Assembly (NCBI GenBank): GCA_016929435.1
Contig: JAFGIV010000005.1
Span: 23,596-87,595, forward strand
Direction of reading: 5' to 3'
Source: Candidatus Uhrbacteria bacterium
GTDB lineage: Bacteria; Patescibacteriota; Patescibacteriia; SG8-24
DNA: 64,000 nucleotides
The position numbers were made by a program, and so were the translations under genes. Position 1 is the stretch's first letter, and each line of letters starts with the position of its first letter. This document shows, piece after piece, positions 58,046-64,000 of the stretch. Below the pieces are notes generated by a model, which searched no databases, was not told where the DNA came from, and saw only the letters and a list, made by a program, of their open reading frames with translations.

Positions 58046-58135
58046 GAAACTGGATAGCAAAGCTTTGCCCCGAATCCTTCCGGATCGGGGAGTGTTGCCT
58101 CCGGCACCGCTCCCCGGTCCGGAAAAAGACCGCCT

Positions 58136-58558
58136 ATGGAAGGGAAAACAGTAAGGAATTTCATCGTTTGCCTGTCGTTCGCCTTCGTGGCGGCGGCTTT
58201 CGGTACCTTCGGTCCGCTGGCTTCCGCCCCGGCCCTGGCCTTGGATACGGGTTTGGAGAGCACGGCCCTGCATGCCGGACTTTCCGAGGGTGATGACGGT
58301 TCCAATGCCGACGTTGCCATAATCGCCGGGCGGGTGATCAACGCCCTTTTGGGGCTGGTTGGGGTGGTTTTCCTGGTCCTGGTGATATTCGCCGGATACA
58401 AGTGGATGATGGCCCGCGGCAACGCCAAGGAAACGGAGGACGCCAAGAACATGCTTGTTCAGGCCGTGATCGGACTGCTCATCATCTTCGCCGCCTATGT
58501 CCTGGTGGATTACCTCCTGGGATTGGCCATCTTTGAGGTGGTGGGGGTGGACCTGTAG
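58136..58558 (+). CDS. T4SS-pilin-like small protein, paralog 5
   Basis: VINALLGLVGVVFLVLVIFAGYKWMMARGNAKETEDAKNMLVQAVIGLLIIFAAYVLVDYL. Confidence 0.7.
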   Translation: MEGKTVRNFIVCLSFAFVAAAFGTFGPLASAPALALDTGLESTALHAGLSEGDDGSNADVAIIAGRVINALLGLVGVVFLVLVIFAGYKWMMARGNAKETEDAKNMLVQAVIGLLIIFAAYVLVDYLLGLAIFEVVGVDL

Positions 58559-58639
58559 TCCTTGCGTTTTTCTCGGATAAGGCCGCATAATAAGGATAAT
58601 TAGACCTAAATCTAAAACCGTTTTAACTAAGCCGTAATT

Positions 58640-59092
58640 ATGAAAAGACTAACCAAGAATCTGGCGGCGTTCGGCCTGACAGTGGCCCTCTGCCTGCCGT
58701 TGGCCGCCATGGCCGTTTCCCCGGTCAGCGGCGATGCCGGCGGGAATGCGGTCAGGTTGGCCCAACAGGGGGATCTGGGGGACATCACCTCCAATTTCGA
58801 GAAGGTCGGCACCAGTTCCGGCCTGTCCGGTTCCGCATCACGGGACCTGCCCACCATCATCGGGGCGATCATCAACGCCTTCCTGGGGCTCTTGGGCATC
58901 GTGCTGGTGGTCATCATCATCTTCGCCGGCTACAAGTGGATGATGGCCCGCGGAAACACCAAGGATGTTGACGATGCCAAGACCATGATCCTCAATGCGG
59001 TCATCGGCATGGTGATCCTGATGGCGGCCTATGCCATTGCCCAGTTCGTCCTGAAGGCCGTGGCCAAGGGCACGACCGGCACTGATTTCTAG
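58640..59092 (+). CDS. T4SS-pilin-like small protein, paralog 6
   Basis: IINAFLGLLGIVLVVIIIFAGYKWMMARGNTKDVDDAKTMILNAVIGMVILMAAYAIAQFV. Confidence 0.7.
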   Translation: MKRLTKNLAAFGLTVALCLPLAAMAVSPVSGDAGGNAVRLAQQGDLGDITSNFEKVGTSSGLSGSASRDLPTIIGAIINAFLGLLGIVLVVIIIFAGYKWMMARGNTKDVDDAKTMILNAVIGMVILMAAYAIAQFVLKAVAKGTTGTDF

Positions 59093-59106
59093 AACCGCCC
59101 GAATCA

Positions 59107-59150
59107 ACAAAAAACCCCTCCGGAAAGCTCCGGAGGGGTTTTGCTTTTTT
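59107..59150. terminator. Bidirectional intrinsic terminator
   Basis: AAAAAACCCCTCCGG-aaagct-CCGGAGGGGTTTTGCTTTTTT. Confidence 0.75.
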
Positions 59151-59169
59151 GGCTTTCTGTCAGACCTTT

Positions 59170-59871
59170 TCAGTGTACCTGGTGGCGTCGAATGAGACGC
59201 CAGTCAAGCCACTCGTGATAGCCCAATTGGGCTTCTCCGGTTTTTATCTCAAAAGAGAACCTTAACATCTCCACGGGGACCGGTTCCCGGACCGTATAGG
59301 CCACGCCGGCCACGACATGCCGGCCCGGTTTGTTGAGGCAAAGGTGGATTACGGATTTTGGGGGCATATAGGGCAATGCGCCCTGTCCGCCCCGGACCTC
59401 AACCGGTTCCCCGTCCAGCATCAGCCGGACGGAGAAATTGGTTGGATTGTGTATCCTCATGTGCAACGGCGTGTTTTGGCACGCCGTTGGTTCACTGTTG
59501 AGCCAGGACATGTTTTGGGGAGGGTTGGGCATGTCATGCCCGTCCCTTGCCTGATTTCGGTCGATCCGTCCGGATCCGGATCCGTATCCGCCGTAGCCGT
59601 AGAAACCGGCTTCGTCGCCCATTCCGTAATGGCCGTAGCCGCGGTCCCCGGGGCAGATTACCCCGGTGTCCCCGTTTTCCCGGGCAGCCCAACATCGGCG
59701 CAGGGATTCTTGTTTTATTTGCGTCTCTCCGATCGTGTAGGCCATACCCTCTGGATTGTGGGCATGGCCGTGGATTTCCGAATCCCCAACCCGAGATTCG
59801 AACCGGGCGTGGCCGCCGCCGCAGCCGATGGCTATGGCCATGACGGCCCAGATCACGGTTGTTCTTTTCAT
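59170..59871 (-). CDS. Hypothetical lipoprotein (Gly/Tyr-rich)
   Basis: Lipobox AIGCGGG; GYGGYGSGSG low-complexity region. No known domain. Confidence 0.55.
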   Translation of the reverse strand: MKRTTVIWAVMAIAIGCGGGHARFESRVGDSEIHGHAHNPEGMAYTIGETQIKQESLRRCWAARENGDTGVICPGDRGYGHYGMGDEAGFYGYGGYGSGSGRIDRNQARDGHDMPNPPQNMSWLNSEPTACQNTPLHMRIHNPTNFSVRLMLDGEPVEVRGGQGALPYMPPKSVIHLCLNKPGRHVVAGVAYTVREPVPVEMLRFSFEIKTGEAQLGYHEWLDWRLIRRHQVH

Positions 59872-60223
59872 TTCTTATCTCTCCTTTTTTGTTGAGAATG
59901 TCCTTAGGCCGAAGATTAGCAAAATTTTTAGGTGGTGTCAACGGTGGCCTTTCTTGTTTCATTTTTGCGGACCGGGCGTCCGTTGGCGACCCCCGTTGGC
60001 CCGCATCAGCTGTCTGATGTCCCTTCGGCCCGACCCCCCTTGCCCCGCACCGGCGGACCGACCCGCCTTCGGCCCCCTCTCCCTTTGGGAGACTGCCGTA
60101 AAGGGGGCCGGACCGACGCATCCGGTCGGGGAATCATTGGGGGAAATATAAAAAATATCCTCCACTTAAGCCCCTGAAGCGTAAGTCTCCCGCGGGGAGG
60201 GGGTTTGGGGGGCAGGACTGGAT

Positions 60224-60256
60224 AAAAAATCACCCCCGTTTTTAGCGGGGGTGAGA
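60224..60256 (-). terminator. Intrinsic terminator of the 512-aa membrane-protein gene
   Basis: TCACCCCCGC-taaaaa-CGGGGGTGA followed by TTTTTT on the minus strand. Confidence 0.65.
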
Positions 60257-60283
60257 GAGAAAGAGCTTTTTGAGACGTGTCAG

Positions 60284-61822
60284 TCAGAATGCCGAGATTA
60301 CCTGAGACGGTATCTCGGCAAGGTTGTTAAGAAGGTGAGGGAAGCTCCCGTGTCGGAGCTTCTTTGGCCGGTCCACCGTTTGGGCGGCGGACGGTTGTCG
60401 TCGGATGGGGGGTGGGGGAGAGAAGGCAACCCCGGCGGCCGTTGTTTCAGGTATGGCCGGAACGGTCATGTCGGCCTGTTCGGTTGCCGCTTTGGTTGTT
60501 GCCGTTTCGGTCTTGTTGGGCCAGAACTGTATAGACAAGGCCACGATCGCGGCCATGGCCGCAATCGTGATGGCGGCCTTGGGCTGCCTGATGATCAGGA
60601 AGACCATCAGGGCGATTCCGCCCACGATAGAGATGATCACCCACCCGGATGGCCCTTTGCCGTTATCCGGGGTAGATATTCCGGCCTGTTGGCGGATAAA
60701 GGTTCCGGCTTTGGCTGCCGGAATTTTTCTCTCAACCAACTCCGCATAGCGGGTCTTGTACTGTTCGCACGGCCCGGCGAACTGGCCGCCGCAATCTACT
60801 ACAACCGCATTCTCGATGGCCGTTTTTTCGGCCACGAGAGCCAATTCCAACCGCTCGTTGACGGCACTTTCCGCAGCCGTCTCCATTCCGAAATCCAGGT
60901 GATTTCGGATTCCGCGGAAGGCACCGGGAAACGCCAGGGACAGCAGGGCGACGGCCGCCCCGACCATCGCCACATTCACGGCCATCTTTTTCATTAGGTC
61001 GGTTTTCGACCAGCCTGCTGAATAGGCCGCTGCCAGGAGCATGATGCAGGTGGCGACGGCTCCCAAAGCCGACAGGCTCCGGTATAGAGGAACCACTTGG
61101 GCGATCAGGCCGAGCAGGGCGGCCCAGGCGCAGTATCCGGACAGCCACCTGAAGAGACTGTCCGTTTTGGTTATCGGGATTTCCGGGATTTTTCCGGAAA
61201 TTGCGTGACTGGCAACGGAAGCCAGCCTGGTGGCCTCGATGCCGAGCATGGCCCGGAACCGGAACAGCGCCGTGAACCCCAAGGCCCCTATTACCGTTGC
61301 CACGGCTATGAGCCCCTGGCCCACCTCTTCCTGGTCAGCCGATAGGTTTTTCGACATGGCGACGGCGATCCCGATAAGGGAAAGCATGAGGATCAGCCTA
61401 GCGCCGATTTTTGACTCAACCAAGGATATCTCATACGTGATGTCCTTGGTTTTCTGGTCGGCGTCGTTTCTGGATCCGCCATTTTTGGTGTTCTTGGTTT
61501 TCCCGGCTTTTTTCAGCCTTTTTCTTAGGCATAGACACGCCCAGATTTTGGGCGCGGCAAATATTAGGGTTACCAGAGCCAAGATTATTGTGACCTTGGT
61601 TCCCGCCATCATACCGAACCGTCCGGTGGCGATTCCGATGGCAAACGTGATTAGGGTCATTATGACGGTTAACTTCACCAGCATCAGGCTGGCCTTGATA
61701 AACCGTTCGGCCGTTTCAGCTACACCCATTGCCTTGTCGGCGACGGAATACCGGATCAGTCTCCCGAACTCCGTCCCGAAGGCGGCGATGCCGCCCACCA
61801 ACATCAGAATTACTTCTTTCAT
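60284..61822 (-). CDS. Polytopic integral membrane protein (512 aa), function unknown
   Basis: About 10-12 TM helices with a central cytoplasmic Cys-containing segment. A VirB6/TrbL-like role is speculative. Confidence 0.6.
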   Translation of the reverse strand: MKEVILMLVGGIAAFGTEFGRLIRYSVADKAMGVAETAERFIKASLMLVKLTVIMTLITFAIGIATGRFGMMAGTKVTIILALVTLIFAAPKIWACLCLRKRLKKAGKTKNTKNGGSRNDADQKTKDITYEISLVESKIGARLILMLSLIGIAVAMSKNLSADQEEVGQGLIAVATVIGALGFTALFRFRAMLGIEATRLASVASHAISGKIPEIPITKTDSLFRWLSGYCAWAALLGLIAQVVPLYRSLSALGAVATCIMLLAAAYSAGWSKTDLMKKMAVNVAMVGAAVALLSLAFPGAFRGIRNHLDFGMETAAESAVNERLELALVAEKTAIENAVVVDCGGQFAGPCEQYKTRYAELVERKIPAAKAGTFIRQQAGISTPDNGKGPSGWVIISIVGGIALMVFLIIRQPKAAITIAAMAAIVALSIQFWPNKTETATTKAATEQADMTVPAIPETTAAGVAFSPPPPIRRQPSAAQTVDRPKKLRHGSFPHLLNNLAEIPSQVISAF

Positions 61823-61846
61823 TTTTTTACTCCGTATTTTTTCAGA

Positions 61847-62704
61847 TCAGAGGCCGAACATGTCCAACGGGCCGACCGGTTTCTTTTTATTCTTCCGGTC
61901 GTTAAATTTTCGTTCGGCCTCATCGGCCTCCTCTCGGTATTTCTCATCCCATTTCTTGAAATGGGATGAGATGGTGGCCTCGCCCTCTTTGGCCGGTTCC
62001 GACACCCTTTTCAGGAACCGGGCGATCGTTCCGCCCAGTCCCCGTTCCTTTTTCGAGGTCACCAGCTTGTCCAAGTGCCTCAGCCGTTTTTTCTCGTCGA
62101 TTGACATGAGGCCGACAAGCTCAAGGACAGAAGATATCGCCCACATCTGCTCTGCGAGCTCGTCATATTCTGTTTCGGAGAGATGGTCTACCCACTCTTT
62201 CATGTCCTCAAAGACATCAGGGCGGTTCTGTTTGAGCCACCCAAGAATCTCGGCGAAGGACATGTCGGCCAGGCCGTCCCTGTAGTTGTTCGACTGTTTC
62301 TCGAAATCGTTGAGGGCCTTTTCGGCCGCTGATTTTGTTGCTTTCGATACCGTTTCTTTTTCGGCGTCTGACATCTGGGAAGGTTTTTTCTTCAACAGCG
62401 CCTCTCCGATCTTGTTGCTTAATTCTCTGGCGAATAGCTCCGCCAACTTTGAGAACCAACCGTCGGATTTTATGCTGTTTAGGGCCACAATTATGGCGTT
62501 TGGCCCGAATTTTCCGACCAGACAGACCATTTCTTTCGGCAGGTTCTCGCGAACCCATCGAAATATTCCGGCCTTTTCGATTTTAGCCACCCATTTGGTG
62601 ACCAGTTGGTCTACTTGCGGCTCGATCACGGCGTGCTGATCGGCGTTTCCGATCAACTTATCCATAAGGCTGGATACCGACCATTCTTTATTGTCGCTAC
62701 TCAT
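61847..62704 (-). CDS. Hypothetical hydrophilic Lys/Glu-rich protein (285 aa)
   Basis: Start MSSDNKEW preceded by RBS GAAGGAG. The first 54 codons of the listed ORF are discounted. Lower GC than the surroundings. Confidence 0.55.
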   Translation of the reverse strand: MSSDNKEWSVSSLMDKLIGNADQHAVIEPQVDQLVTKWVAKIEKAGIFRWVRENLPKEMVCLVGKFGPNAIIVALNSIKSDGWFSKLAELFARELSNKIGEALLKKKPSQMSDAEKETVSKATKSAAEKALNDFEKQSNNYRDGLADMSFAEILGWLKQNRPDVFEDMKEWVDHLSETEYDELAEQMWAISSVLELVGLMSIDEKKRLRHLDKLVTSKKERGLGGTIARFLKRVSEPAKEGEATISSHFKKWDEKYREEADEAERKFNDRKNKKKPVGPLDMFGL

Positions 62705-62846
62705 GTCTACTCCTTCTTTCTGACCCGGTTGGACCGGGTGTTTTTTACGGTTCAGGTTCTGTTGCGGAGAGTCCCCACAACATCGCACCTTACAGTATTT
62801 TGGCGATTTTGTCAACAGTTTTGGGCAAAGAGTGTAGAATGTAAGC

Positions 62847-64000
62847 ATGATTGCCGTCTTGACCAAAAAAACTCTGTCTTGGGCAGGAAAGGCCGGTTCG
62901 TCCGTCTTGGCCCGTCCCCGGACCGCCCTGCTGATCTTGATCGGGATGCATGCCGTTTTTTGGAGTGCGGTTTGCCTATGGAAATACGGTTTTTTCCTGT
63001 ATAACGGTTTTGATCTGGCCTATTTCGGCCAGGTTTTCTGGAACTCCCTGCATGGGGACCTTTTCGCCCAGACCCTCCATCCGCACCTGTCCTTGGGTGA
63101 CCATGCCGAGTTGGCAATTCCCCTCCTCCTTCCGCTTTACGCCGTTTGGGCCGATCCCCGGATGCTGCTCATCCTGCAGCAGGCGGCCTTGGCAGGGGCG
63201 GCCTGGCCGATTTACCTTCTGGCCGTCCGGCGGTTCTCGGCTTCCGGCGCGACTGGCAAGTGGCTCAAGGCCGGCCCCCTGATTTTGGCGGCCTCTTGGC
63301 TTCTATGCCCGTCGGTGCAGAATTTGGGGCTGTTCGAGTTCCATATCCTGCCGTTTGCCCTCCTGCCGCTGTTTTTCTTACTTCTGGAATACGACCGGGG
63401 CCGGCTGAAGCCGTTCCTGTTCTGGACGGTCCTGGCCCTGCTGGTCCGGGAGGACGTGGCTTTGGCGGTTTTCGCTGTCGGGATCCTGGCTTGGATCGAG
63501 GGGAAGCCGAAAATATGGCGCTGGCTGCCGGTCGTTCTGGCCGCCGCCTGGTTTGCCCTGTCCATGCTCGTCATCTCCCGTTTCTCCCTGGGCGGCGGAT
63601 ACAAGTTCATGGTCTATTATTCCTGGCTCGGGGAAACGCCGTGGCAGGCGGCTTGGGGGATCGTTCGCCATCCGGTCGCGGTCCTTCGCCATGTCCTGAC
63701 GGTCTTCAATTTCGAGATGGTCTTGGGGTTCCTGATGCCGATGGCTTTCCTGCCGCTTTTGGCCCCGCGGTTCCTGGTTTTGGCGATCCTGCCCCTGCTC
63801 CAGATAATCCTGGGGGCTCCGGGCGGCGGGGCCCTGGTGGTCAATACGCACTATGCCACCCTGTTTCTTCCGGCGGTATTTTTCGGGGCCGCTGTCGGCC
63901 TGGTCCGGTTGCCGGGCCTTTTGTCCAGGTTGGCGATATTCGGCTCTGGTCAGGTGAATTCCGTGTCCGGCGGCCTCCTGGCCCTGACCGTCACCTATTC
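62847..64000 (+). CDS. DUF2079-family integral membrane protein (GT-C-like), 3'-truncated at the window end
   Basis: The frame is open from the ATG at 62847 to the window end and is absent from the ORF track because there is no stop. YGFFLYNGFDLAYFGQVFWNSLHGDLF...LGDHAELAIPLLLPLYA matches DUF2079. Confidence 0.75.
   Translation, partial: MIAVLTKKTLSWAGKAGSSVLARPRTALLILIGMHAVFWSAVCLWKYGFFLYNGFDLAYFGQVFWNSLHGDLFAQTLHPHLSLGDHAELAIPLLLPLYAVWADPRMLLILQQAALAGAAWPIYLLAVRRFSASGATGKWLKAGPLILAASWLLCPSVQNLGLFEFHILPFALLPLFFLLLEYDRGRLKPFLFWTVLALLVREDVALAVFAVGILAWIEGKPKIWRWLPVVLAAAWFALSMLVISRFSLGGGYKFMVYYSWLGETPWQAAWGIVRHPVAVLRHVLTVFNFEMVLGFLMPMAFLPLLAPRFLVLAILPLLQIILGAPGGGALVVNTHYATLFLPAVFFGAAVGLVRLPGLLSRLAIFGSGQVNSVSGGLLALTVTY

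Noticed and set aside
60251-60997. 248-aa + strand ORF opposite the 512-aa membrane-protein gene
   Set aside because: The opposing polytopic membrane protein has clear TM periodicity and a terminator, whereas this ORF is Gly/Arg-rich noise.
1-64000. CRISPR arrays, rRNA genes, transposase/IS elements
   Set aside because: No regularly spaced short repeats, no 16S/23S/5S-like sequence, and no transposase-like ORFs or inverted terminal repeats were found.

Overview
This window is a high-GC (~60%) bacterial chromosomal segment containing the replication-origin neighbourhood: rnpA-rpmH on the minus strand, then dnaA and dnaN on the plus strand. Housekeeping genes recognised from sequence are xerC/D-like recombinase, rpsO, pnp, lspA, a YifB/ComM-like ATPase, an H+-pyrophosphatase, tig, nfo, yidD, PBP1A, a ROK kinase, a histidine kinase, rpsT, holA, polA, a D-Ala-D-Ala carboxypeptidase, a SpoIID/LytB protein, an MOP flippase, an O-antigen-ligase-like protein and galU. 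There are three tRNAs (Arg-TCT, Cys-GCA, Ser-CGA) and many intrinsic terminators. The many secreted Gly/Asp-rich proteins and a tandem array of T4SS-pilin-like genes suggest a small-genome, possibly Patescibacteria/CPR-like, bacterium; that is inference, not established. The most unusual content is as follows. (1) A ~345-nt candidate ncRNA at 6717-7072, bounded by a consensus sigma70 promoter and a terminator. (2) A ~110-nt repeated structured element present twice (40843-40953 and 46184-46293) that brackets tRNA-Ser and two giant surface-protein genes. (3) A low-GC island (46.3-51.6 kb) carrying a Panacea-domain/RelE-fold putative toxin-antitoxin pair, unknown proteins, an iGluR-like K+-channel and a mini-kinase-like protein. 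(4) Six tandem paralogous VirB2/TrbC-like pilin genes (56.1-59.1 kb) followed by unknown membrane proteins. (5) An NYN-domain RNase-like gene inserted between rpsO and pnp. (6) A degenerate tRNA-like element at 10584-10675. (7) A DnaA-box cluster about 5 kb from dnaA. Many long antisense ORFs in the six-frame track are high-GC artefacts and were rejected.
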